A stretch of 64,000 bases of DNA from an uncultured Phycisphaerales bacterium. Its GTDB lineage: Bacteria; Planctomycetota; Phycisphaerae; Tepidisphaerales; Tepidisphaeraceae. Shown in pieces: positions 9,370-19,390 of this stretch. Positions within the stretch are counted from its first letter, which is position 1; each line of letters opens with the position of its first letter. The translations under genes were made by a program, and so were the position numbers. The notes beneath the pieces were generated by a model. The model did no database searches, was not told where the DNA came from, and saw only the letters and a list, made by a program, of their open reading frames with translations. Location of the stretch: NCBI GenBank assembly GCA_963755915.1, contig CAVWLP010000002.1, forward strand, positions 2,656,001 to 2,720,000, given 5' to 3'.

Positions 9370-10944
9370 GTGTACACACTTCGCGAAAAATTGACCCAGC
9401 CTAACCGTTTCCTGCTCGGAATCGAGCTGGTTACGACGCGGGGGACGATGGAGGATCGGCAGGCGGTTCAGACGCGAGAGTTTGCCGGGGACTTGGTTCA
9501 TTGCGACAGCGTGGATTGGGTATCTATAACGGATAACGCGGGGGGAAATCCGCAGCTAAGTCCGCTGGCGCTGGGGAAGCCGATTCTTTATGCCGGCAAG
9601 GAGGTGCTCATCCACCTCTCATGCAAGGATTTCAATCGCAATGGTTTGGAGAGCGCGGCGTGGGAGATGGCCAGCGAGGGGTTTCATAATATTCTGGCGC
9701 TCAGCGGCGACTATCCGGCCGGTGGGTATCACGGGCGGGGAAAGCCGGTGTTTGATATCGATTCGATCGGGCTGCTGACGATGCTGGGGGAAATGAACCG
9801 CGGGCTGGCGCGGCCGCATGTGAAGGACGGCGCGGCGCGGGCGACGGATTTTTTTGCGGGGGCTGTTGCCACGAATTTTAAGCGGCATGAGAACGAGGTG
9901 ATGCCGCAACTGCTGAAGCTGGAGAAGAAGATTGAATGCGGGGCGAAATTTATTATCGCACAGATTGGATACGACGCGCGCAAGAGTCATGAGATGCTCT
10001 GCTATATGCGGCGCGTGGGAGTCGGAGATGTTCCGCTGATTGGCAACGTGTTTCTGCTCTCGGCGGCGGTGGCGCGGTTTTTCCGAAGGCAGGCGATTCC
10101 CGGGGTGATTATTTCTGATGCGCTGCTGGAGGAATGTGAGCGCCGGGCGAGGGATGCGGCATTTTTCCGGGAACTGGCGGCGAAACAGCTTGCGATTTTC
10201 CGCGGGTTGGAGTTTGCCGGGGGATATCTTGGGGGCGTACACAATATTGAAGATGTGGGGGCGATCGTGGAGATGGAGCGATCGTTTGCCGGGGGGGACT
10301 GGAAGCAGTTTGCGCGGGAGATTCAGTATCCGTTGCCGGGAGAGTTTTATTTTTTTGAGCGGGATCCTGTGACGGGCCTCGCGGATGAGACGTCGGTGCG
10401 GGAACGGCCGGCGCCTCGGAAGGTCTCCGTTGGTTATCGATTTAGCAAAGGGGTGCACCACGCAGTGTTTACGCCGGGGACGATGCTGAATCGGCTGGGG
10501 CGGGCGATTTATGCGTCTTCGAAAGATACGCGGCGGGGGCCGCTGGCGCTGCGAATTCTTGAGCATGCGGCCAAATCGGCGATGTTTGGGTGCCGGGACT
10601 GCGGGGATTGCTCGCTGCCGGACATCGCGTTTCTCTGTCCGGAATCACAGTGCGCCAAGAATCAGCGGAATGGGCCTTGCGGGGGGACGCGGGATGGGAA
10701 ATGCGAGGTGCATGACTTCGAGTGCATCTGGAGCCGGGCGTATGACCGGCTGAAATCTGAGGGGCGGGAGCGGGAATTGCTCGCCCATGCGCCGGTGATT
10801 CAGGATGAAACGCTGCGCGGGACATCGAGCTGGGCGAACGCGCTGCTGGGGCGGGATCACACGGCTTGCGAGGCGAATCGCGCTGCGACGATTTCAAAAG
10901 AAAGGAAGAAGACGAGCGATGTTCAGAGTTCCGCGACTGTTTAA
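9370..10944 (+). CDS. metF: Methylenetetrahydrofolate reductase fused to a C-terminal MetV-like Cys-rich domain
   Basis: SITDNAGG, HLSCKDFNR, LALSGDYP, KKIECGAKFIIAQ; tail CRDCGDC..CPESQCAKNQRNGPCGG..CEV..CIW; GTG start inferred. Confidence 0.88.
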   Translation: MYTLREKLTQPNRFLLGIELVTTRGTMEDRQAVQTREFAGDLVHCDSVDWVSITDNAGGNPQLSPLALGKPILYAGKEVLIHLSCKDFNRNGLESAAWEMASEGFHNILALSGDYPAGGYHGRGKPVFDIDSIGLLTMLGEMNRGLARPHVKDGAARATDFFAGAVATNFKRHENEVMPQLLKLEKKIECGAKFIIAQIGYDARKSHEMLCYMRRVGVGDVPLIGNVFLLSAAVARFFRRQAIPGVIISDALLEECERRARDAAFFRELAAKQLAIFRGLEFAGGYLGGVHNIEDVGAIVEMERSFAGGDWKQFAREIQYPLPGEFYFFERDPVTGLADETSVRERPAPRKVSVGYRFSKGVHHAVFTPGTMLNRLGRAIYASSKDTRRGPLALRILEHAAKSAMFGCRDCGDCSLPDIAFLCPESQCAKNQRNGPCGGTRDGKCEVHDFECIWSRAYDRLKSEGRERELLAHAPVIQDETLRGTSSWANALLGRDHTACEANRAATISKERKKTSDVQSSATV

Positions 10945-11849
10945 GTTGATCGGGGAGTTGATGAACAATTCCTTCGCGGGCGGCGCGGGCGTGGAAGGCG
11001 CGCGATCTGGCGGGGTTTCAGAAGCTGGCAATGATTCAGACGGACCTGGGCGCCGATTACCTGACGCTGAATATCGACGGGACGCAGTCGATGCGGGTGA
11101 GGCCCAAAGAAATGTTCGAGTTTATTCCGGAACTCATTCCGGCGATTCAGGAAGTGACGCGGGTTCCACTGTCTTTTGACAACCCATCGGCGGAATTTCA
11201 TCGGCGCTGCCTGGAGGTTTATGATCCGAAAAAGGGGGGGCGGCCGATCATCAATTCGGTGGCGGCGTCGCGGCGCGAACTGGACGAGATGCTGGAGCTG
11301 GCGAAGCATTTCGACACGATGGTGATCGGGATGGCATCCGAAAAGTTCGTCGACGGCGGGTCGGCGCAGTGTCTTTCGGCGGATGATGTTTATTGCGCGG
11401 CGCATCGCCTGGTGGAATTGCTGCGGGAGAGGTCGGGGCGGCAGTGCTCGGAGATCATCATCGATACCGGGCTGGCGCCAGTGGGGGCGGATACGTATGG
11501 GCTGGTGAACATGGGGCTCGATGCGATGCGGGCGATTCGGAGGAGTCCGGAGCTGGCGGGGGTGCATTTGTCGGTGGGGCTGACGAATGTTTCGTTCGGC
11601 ATGCCCAAGGAAATCCGCACCTCGGTGGAGAACGCGTATCTGACGCTGGCGGTGGAGGCGGGGCTGGATTTTGTGCTGGGGAATCCGGAGAAGCATTTGC
11701 GGTTGCTGGACGAGGAGGACCGTTACGTTCAGTTGGTGGCCGAGGCGCTGGAGTGCGGCCGGCCGGGAGGCGGGGAGACGCAGGAGGAGGCAGGCTTCCG
11801 GCAGGCGGCGAAAATCATCGGGCTGTTCAGTGAACACGAAATCATCTGA
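10919..11849 (+). CDS. Pterin-binding methyltetrahydrofolate:corrinoid methyltransferase (AcsE/MT2-like; frameshift near 10980)
   Basis: LIGELMN, GADYLTLN, PLSFDN, IINS, IIIDTG, VGLTNVSFGMP, AGLD..LGNP. Confidence 0.85.
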
Positions 11850-13119
11850 AAACTTCGAGGAACTGGCGCAGGATTTCGCGCACGCGAGCGGTGTGGCTGC
11901 GCGTGGGCCGGCTGATCGACGGGCGAAGCGATCGGCCGCTGCTAAATGCGGATATTTTGTTCGACGCGGGGGGGATTCAACTCGTTGCCGCTGGAGGGGA
12001 CGTTCCAACGCGAGGGGTGCCTGATGCAGTGTTGCCCGATTACACGGCGCTTCCGTGTTTGATTGAGGCGCACGCCCACATGTTTCTGGAAGGCGCGCCG
12101 ATTGACGCTAAGCGGCGCGAGGCGCATTTGAGGGAAATGCCCGAGGCGATGCTGGCAAAAGCGCGGCGGCGCTGGGCGAAGATTTTGAAATGCGGAATCG
12201 GGGCGATCCGGGATGCGGGGGACAGGCACGGGGTGGGATTGAAGCTGGCGGCGGAAGCGCGGGAGAGTCGTGGAAAGGTGGCGTCGACTCCGCTGATCGA
12301 CAGTCCGGGAGCGGCGATTCATCACCGCGGGAGATATGGGGGGTTCATGGCGGAGGCGATCGAGGAATATGCGGGGGCGGATGAGTGTGTGGCGGCGCGG
12401 GTGGCCGCGGGGGCGGATCGGATCAAGCTGCTGGTGAGCGGGATCATCAATTTTCAGGAGGGGAAGGTAACGACGGTGCCGCAGATGTTGCCGGATGAAG
12501 TTGCGGCATTCACGCGCGCGGCCAGGAGCCACGGGCGGCAGACGTTTGCGCATGCTTCGGGCGTGGAGGGGATTGCCAACTCGATCGAAGGGGGCGTGAC
12601 GACGGTGGAGCACGGTTTTTTCATCACACGCGAGCAGCTTGGGCAGATGCGCGACGCCGGGATCGGGTGGGTGCCGACGTTTGCGCCGGTGCAACTCCAG
12701 ATCGACCGGGCGGATGAGCTGGGATGGGATGAGAAGGTGGTGTCGAACCTTAAGCGTATCATCGATTGGCACCGGGAGATGTTGCGATATGCGCATTCGA
12801 TTGGCGTGAAAATTATTGCGGGGAGCGATGCGGGTTCATGCGGGGTTCCGCATGGGCTGGGATTCCTGCAGGAGCTTTGCCAGATGGAAGGGGCGGGGAT
12901 TCCGGCGATGGCGGTGATTCAAGCCGCGACGGGCGTGAGCGCCGCGGCGCTGAATTTCGCGGAGCCGATCGGGCGGATTGCGCCGGGGTTCCGGCGCGGT
13001 TCATACTTACCCGGCATGATCCGCTTCCCGGCGTTGCTAATCTGATGAAGGAGAAGACGGTGATATTCGATGGCGCCGCCGTCCAGTGTGAGACGGAGAT
13101 TGATACCGACGGTCTTTAG
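11830..13119 (+). CDS. Metal-dependent amidohydrolase (frameshifted at both ends)
   Basis: IEAHAH, GADRIKL, FAHASG, VEHG, AGSDAG metal-site motifs; overlaps the upstream methyltransferase. Confidence 0.85.
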
Positions 13120-15994
13120 CCGCCGAGGCGATAAAAGCTTTCCGGCGGTCCGAGGAAGCTGGGCTTAACGCCGCCCAGGTCGACGACGATTTTTTCCAGG
13201 ACGATTGCAGGATCGACCATCCAGAATTTCAGGGTGTGGTAGCCGGGCGAATCGATGGTCATAGGGATTTTCACTTCGCGAATGCTGTTGATGACGGATA
13301 TCTGCCAATCGCGCTGAGTGTTGTCGGCCAGGGAATCGACGACCTGGGGCGTCTGATCGTCGATTGAAATTGCGAACCGCAATCCGCGGCCGGGAACAAA
13401 GGCCTGCGTTGGTGCGATCATTACGGAGGCTTCGGCGTTGCCGGAGTGAAAGAGATACATTTTATACTCGAGACAAGGATTTCCGGTTGGCGGATCGGTG
13501 CTGGAGGCGATGGTCATCGCCGAAAGCGTGCGGCCGTAACCGGCGATTCGATACCACTGCGAGGATTTGGAATCGATCTTTTTTGTAAAGTGCTCGGCTT
13601 CCATCGAGACGCAGCGGTCGGATTCGACGAAACCGTCGAGGTTCTGCGGCGTGATTTCGCGAGGATTTACGGCTGTGCATGTCACGGGAACGGATTTTCC
13701 AGCGCCGCTAATGGTGATCGTGGCGGTGGATGTGCCCCGCGGCGCTTTGTTCCAGTCTACCTGCACATTCAGGCGCAGGTCTTCATTTACAGTTCCGCTT
13801 TTGTTGCTCAGGAGCACCCAGCTTTTGCTTGCTTCGGCTTTGAACTGAAATGATTTGCGGCCGCGATTGAAAACGTCGATATAGCGGCTCTGGCGATTGA
13901 AGGAGTCGATATCAGGCAAAATCGCCGGCGCGGCATCGCCGGGCCAGGCGGAGGGTGAACCTTCGACGGCGACTCCGAGCGCGCCGCGCGAGGCACGTCG
14001 ATTCTCGTCACCTTGGGCATGCGATTTTCCGGCGGCTGCTGCCATCTCGTATAGCCGATGTGCGTCTGGTCCATCATGTGGTCCCATCGGCCGTTGCCCA
14101 GCGTTTGGTTGTAATAGTTCGAAAGAGCCTGGTCTTTTTGAAAGAGTGTTTCCGCGTCGTCGGCGAGGTGATTCGCGCTGGCCCGGCCCTGCGCGGCAAA
14201 GAGATGATTTTTGGCGACGGTGATAAAGAGATTCGCCACGTTCTCGTACGCTTCGGCGGGATCGATCACGAATTCGAAGAACGGGTCCTTCGCGTCATCG
14301 GGCAATTCTGCTTGAAGCTTCCCGGCTTCGGTGACGATCGCCTGGTAATCGGCAAGCACCTGTTCGGCTTCGCCGTAGTTCACGATGCTGAAGGTGTCCG
14401 GCGAAAGTAGCTCGGGCTTGATCCGGCCATTGAGTTTTTCGTATCGCCAGATCAGATCGGCGATCTGATCGGCGTGCTCTGGCCCAAAATTCTGTGCGGC
14501 CCACTGGCGGGTAAATTCGATCAGGTTTTCGCCGTTCCAACGGGTGGGGTTCCAGGCCAGGCTCAGAAAAAATTCGGCAGGGAACTCTACGTGCTTCAAA
14601 TGCCCGACGTTCACGATCCAGATCCGGTCGGCGCCCATCCGCGAGGCGAGGTTCATCTGCTCCCAGATTTTCGGGATGGGATTGGTGTCGATCCACTTAT
14701 AATTCCGCGGATCGCCGACGTAATCGAGGTGGTAGTAAACCCCGGCCCCGCCGGCGCGATTGCGCTCGGCTGGCGTGGGGAGCCGCCGGATGTTGCCCCA
14801 GTTGTCGTCGGACCAAAGCAGCGTAATATCATCGGGCACGCGCATCCCCGCTTCGTAGTATCCCTGCACTTCTTTATACAAGCACCAGAGCTGCGGAACT
14901 TTGGTCACATCTGGATTGATCCGCCGGGCGATGATCTGCCGCTGGTCGGCGACAATCTTTTCCAGCATCGCGATATTCGCCGCCATGGTGCCGGTGGACG
15001 CCATCGGGGTGTCGATCTTGCCGCGCATTCCAACGGTGATGATGCTCTCGAAATGGTCGTTGCGGACGAGCCCCTCGTCCCAGAATTGGCGCAACTGCGC
15101 GGGGTTGGTCGCGTAATTCCACCTCTGCGCCGAATATCCTGCCCGGCTCCATTCCTTGTCGGCGCGCATCATCGGCTCGACGTGGCTCGTCCCCATCACG
15201 ATCCCATATTCGTCCGCCAGCTTCGGGTTCAGCGGGTCGTCCTGGTTGAAGCAGGAGTTCCACATGGCGGGCCAGAGGTAATTGGCTCTCAGGCGAAGCA
15301 GCAGCTCGAAAATTTTTTCGTAGAACTGGTGATTGTACCCGCCGAATTTTTCGTTCACCCAGCCGGTGAGGTCCGGGTCTTCGTCATTGAGGAAGATCCC
15401 GCGATATTTCACGGCCGGCGGGCCCTGGATGAATACACCGGGCCTGGCGTAGACCGCGTCGCGATGCCGGACGGGAATATCTCCCCACCAATACGAGGGC
15501 GAGACGCCCATCTGCTGGGAGAGATCGTAGATGCCGAAGATGGTTCCGCGCTTATCGCTGCCGGCGATGACCAGCGCGTCGGCGACGCCTGGCAGGGGGT
15601 TCTGGACGACCGCGGTAAGGGTTGATTCCCATTTGCCCGCGATCGAACTCGCGTCGATTTTTCCATCGTGGACGAGCCGATCGACGATGGGGCTGTTGCC
15701 GAGCGTGCCGATGATGATCGCGTGAGCGGCGAGTTTCGCGGGGTCGGTTACGATCGGCGCGGTGATGCCGGTGACGCGGGCGATGTCGGCCTGTAGGTCG
15801 CCGGCGGCGCGGGTCACGCCAGGGAAATCGTGCGGATCGACGTAGAGATTCGCCGCCGATTGGCTTTCGACGATCGCGAAGCTGCCGGGCTCGGAAGTGG
15901 TTTGAACGTACGAATTCTGCCCGAGCGCGGGGCAATGGAGACCGAGGGTTGCCAGGAGAAGACCCGCGACAAAAGAGGCGAACCTCCGTGGCAT
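13116..15994 (-). CDS. Secreted glycoside hydrolase family 115 alpha-(4-O-methyl)glucuronidase (frameshift near 13990)
   Basis: Signal peptide; GSDKRGTIFGIY, VKYRGIFLNDE, RANYLWPAMW, MGTSHVEPM, LWSDDNWG, GVYYHLDYVG, WIVNVG, DQTHIGY; C-terminal SFLGPPES. Confidence 0.93.
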
Positions 15995-16007
15995 AACCCT
16001 CTGGACA

Positions 16008-16021
16008 AGTAAACGATTTCT
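16008..16021. promoter_or_regulatory. Second LacI-like operator candidate just upstream of GH115
   Basis: AGTAAACGATTTCT, about 14 bp before the GH115 ATG; 12/14 identical to the reverse complement of 9295-9308. Confidence 0.5.
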
Positions 16022-16276
16022 AGGCCAAAAATATATGAACGCCGCAGGGAAGCCTACGCGATTTTCAGCCTCGCGGCAATCGGGGAAGAGGGGGGAAGAA
16101 ACGGCGGCGTGAATCGCGATTCTGGCGGCGAAGTCGCGACAGCGGTTTTAGGCGGAAAGCGGCCGGCGGCGGGAAAGCCGGTGACATCCGCGGTTTTAAG
16201 ATGAGCGGAACAGGAGGCGATCATCACCGGCCCGACGGCCGTTGCGATCGCCCGTAACGCGCTGCACTTCATCGCG

Positions 16277-16942
16277 CTAAACTTCATGCGCTGCCTCCAG
16301 AGGTTGCTTCTGAGTATCCCCAAGAAATCCCGGCAGATCGGCCGCCTGCGCGGTGCCGGCGAGGCCGACGCATTCGTTGACGGTCTTCTTTAGATCTTCT
16401 TGAATCGCCTCGCTGTCAATGCGCGGGCGGAAGAAATTGGCCCATGCAAATTCGGCAAAAGGGGACGATGTTTTTGCGTAACCGCCGGCGGCGCGTACAA
16501 AGCCGGCAAGACTGCGATAGGGATCGTCTTTCAGTTGCCTGAGGGATTTGGGCAGGGTGCGCAAGGGCTTGCGCTTGCCGCGGGCGTTGAAAGGATGGAC
16601 AAAACTGTCGGCCTTCATGCGCTTCCAGAAGTCGCGGGGGGATAAGTGCGAAAAATCGGCCTCGATTTGCATCGGGGCGGTTTTGAAATCTTCTTTCAAG
16701 AGGGCCAGGGCGAGGTGGTGGTGATCGATGACGTAGGCCTGGTCTTTGGGGCCGAGGACGACGCGGATGGGGGTTTCGAGGATGAATTCGACCATTTCGG
16801 CGGGCTGTTTCTCGAGGGCGCGCAGGCGTTTTCGTTTTTGTTTGACTTCGAGCATGCCGACGGTGAGCTGCGTGGGCCGCAGGCGGGAGATGGCGATGCT
16901 TTCCATCCGGGGTTGGGCGCTCGCAGGTTGGGGGATGGACAT
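16277..16942 (-). CDS. ParB-like nuclease family protein (ParBc_2-type)
   Basis: LRPTQLTVG, VVLGP..YVIDHHHL, DDPYRSLAG, FAEFAWA; start may be at 17032. Confidence 0.8.
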   Translation of the reverse strand: MSIPQPASAQPRMESIAISRLRPTQLTVGMLEVKQKRKRLRALEKQPAEMVEFILETPIRVVLGPKDQAYVIDHHHLALALLKEDFKTAPMQIEADFSHLSPRDFWKRMKADSFVHPFNARGKRKPLRTLPKSLRQLKDDPYRSLAGFVRAAGGYAKTSSPFAEFAWANFFRPRIDSEAIQEDLKKTVNECVGLAGTAQAADLPGFLGDTQKQPLEAAHEV

Positions 16943-16988
16943 TCTGGCCTCCTCGGTGGGGGATTGTAGCGGATGTTGCGGGGTAGAA

Positions 16989-17669
16989 TCATCCAAAAGT
17001 TTTTCGCTGCTGATGCTGCTCTCGATAGACATGGTGGTTATGGGAAATCTGGCGGGTGAAATCAGCGAGGCGCTGGGCGTCGGCGTGGCCGGTCTGATGA
17101 TGCCAGGTTTCGCGTTTGAAGGGGATCACCTGGACCAGGGGGGTTCCGCGTTTTAGTGCCTGTTTTGATGTGCGCGGCATCAGGCAGACGGCGGGGAAAT
17201 TGACGTGGGCATAAAACGTGTCGGTGTCGACCACGCCGGCGAGAATTCGGAATGCGTTTGGCTCGTGATTCAGCGGGGGCAGGTAGAGGGTGGAATAGCC
17301 GGGCGGGGTGACGATGATCCAGGGGTTGATGAACTTGATGACCGGGGAATCGGCCCAGGGAGAGCCGGCGAGTTGGGCGGGGTGATGGAGCTCGATGGTG
17401 GCGTCGCCGTTGGGCGAGTCGAAGGTGAGGGCGCCGGATTCGTTGAGATCGAAATTGACGTCGCCGGGGAGGGGGATGATGTAGCCGGTGGTCATGGCGT
17501 CGAGGAAGGGGGGGCATTGCTTCACCGTGTGCATCGTCCCCGCCACGTCGGGCAACTCGAGGTCGCCGGCCAGATCGCGATACCAGTGTGGCAATCCTCT
17601 GCTGGCCGGAAATGGTGCGGGAATCCAATCCTTTTCAGCCGCGTGGAATTCGATCACTTTGTCACTCAT
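16989..17669 (-). CDS. DUF6065-like protein
   Basis: KQCPPFLDAMTTGY, NPWIIVTPPGYS..LPPLN, GVVDTD, RGTPLVQVIPFKRE; ATG overlaps the upstream stop. Confidence 0.7.
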   Translation of the reverse strand: MSDKVIEFHAAEKDWIPAPFPASRGLPHWYRDLAGDLELPDVAGTMHTVKQCPPFLDAMTTGYIIPLPGDVNFDLNESGALTFDSPNGDATIELHHPAQLAGSPWADSPVIKFINPWIIVTPPGYSTLYLPPLNHEPNAFRILAGVVDTDTFYAHVNFPAVCLMPRTSKQALKRGTPLVQVIPFKRETWHHQTGHADAQRLADFTRQISHNHHVYREQHQQRKTFG

Positions 17670-19296
17670 GTCGCAGCCATCGCTTTCAATTCGGTTTCCA
17701 AACGGTCGAAAACGTCGTGCCAATTTCCGCGTGTTTTCTGGCGGAAGAGTCGCATGGTCGGATACCAGGCGGTGCGGTCGCCGTGCATTCCCCACCTCCA
17801 ATCGGGCGCAAACTGGAGGAGGGTCCAGACGGGCCTTCCGATTGCGCCGGCGAGGTGGGCCATGGCCGTGTCTACGGTGATGATCAGATCCATCTGGGCG
17901 ACGAAGGCGGCCGTAGCTGCAAAATCGTTTAGCTGATCCTGCAAATCCGTAATCGCAAATCGCACATGTCGCGCCTCCTTTGCCGGCCATCCGTTTTGGA
18001 AACTAAAGAATCGGACTCCGGGGATTTCGGCGAGCGGCGCAAATCGGTCGAGTGGAATCGAACGGTTCAAATCCTCGATTTCAGATTGACTGCCGGCCCA
18101 GACCAGGCCAATGTTGAGCCCTGCCGATTTTTTCCAATTTGGGGGCGGCTCTAAAGCACGCAGATATGGGCCTTGCCAATTGGTTCTTTCTTCCATTCCG
18201 AGCGCCAGGGGTAAACTGCCGAGGGGAGAATAACAATCCAGCGGAGGCAATTTCTGGGGGTGGGGAAACCATTTCATATCTGGCAAATTCAGTTCGAACA
18301 ATTTGCTTAGCGCAGGCAGACATTCACAAATGATCTTCGCCCCGCGATCGCTCAGGGCGGGCAAATATCGCGCGTATTGAATCGTATCGCCATAGCCACC
18401 ATCCTCGTAGACGAAAATTGTTCGTCCTGCCAGGTCGCCTCCATCCCATCTTGGGCAGGGGAATTTGCGCTTTGACCAGAGCGATCCCGGAATCCTGGAT
18501 CGCCACTCAAGTTCGGCAAATCCCTGGCGATATTCGCCGTTCATCATCAGCAGACTTCCGAGTGTTGTATGCGCCTGTGGATCCTCCGGCGCATGGCCAC
18601 GACGCGGTGCTGAAGCTCGAGCGCATCGTCAATTCGGCCACTCGCCCATAAAGCCTCGGCCTGTGCGGCGCACGTTTGGACGTTGTCCGGGGCGAGTTGA
18701 ATCGCCCGCCCAAACGCTTCACTGGCATCCTCGGGTAAATCCTTCTCGCGCAGCAGTTTCCCGAGTTGGAGCCACGCCTCGGTAAAATCGGTTTTGATTT
18801 CGAGTGCCTTGCGGGCATTGGCAATTGCCTCATCGATTTTGCCGCCTCCGCGCAGGGCGATGGCAAAGTTCAGTAGGGTTAGCGGATCATCGCCTTTGAT
18901 TTCGATCGCGCGCTGGAAAGCGGCGATGGCGCCGTTGCCCTGACCGGAGATTTGAAGGCAAACCGCCAGATTGAACTGTGCTTCGAAAAGCTGGGGATTC
19001 AGTGCAACGGCGCGGCGAAAGGCGACGATCGCCGACTGGAATTTGCCGAGTCCCTGCAGGGCCACGCCGAGGTGATAGTACGCCTCGGGCCAGTCGCCCT
19101 GCGCGGCGATGGCGCGGCGGATGAGATCGGCGGCGGTGCCGTATTGTTCGGACTGGAGGGCGAGGGTGCCGAGGCCGTAGAGTGCGCCGGCATGGTTGGG
19201 ATCCATGTGCAGGATCTGGCGGTAGCGCGCTTCGGCCTCGGCGCGGCGGCCGGCGCGATGGTGCTGAACGGCAAGGTCGAGGTCGTTGGTCATCAC
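17666..19296 (-). CDS. TPR-repeat protein with C-terminal GT-B glycosyltransferase-like domain (frameshift near 18550)
   Basis: Multiple TPRs; WDG..L.G.TI.V..DGGYGDTIQYARY, IGLVWAG, DLIITVDTAMAHLAGA, PDWRW..WYPTMRLFRQ. Confidence 0.85.
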
Positions 19297-19346
19297 TGAT
19301 GGGGGAATTCTAAGTGAGGGTTGGTGATTCGGAAACGGAGGGGGAA

Positions 19347-19375
19347 AAGCGCTTCCCTTCGGGTCGCGGCTAAAC
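19347..19375. repeat. REP-like element (empty form of 756-808)
   Basis: AAGCGCTTCCCTTCGGGTCGCGGCTAAAC. Confidence 0.6.
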
Positions 19376-19390
19376 GGGCGGAAACAGGGT

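Noticed and set aside
16054-16287. Small lipoprotein-like ORF overlapping the ParB-like stop
   Set aside because: Weak lipobox, low-complexity sequence and no recognisable homology; cannot be supported.
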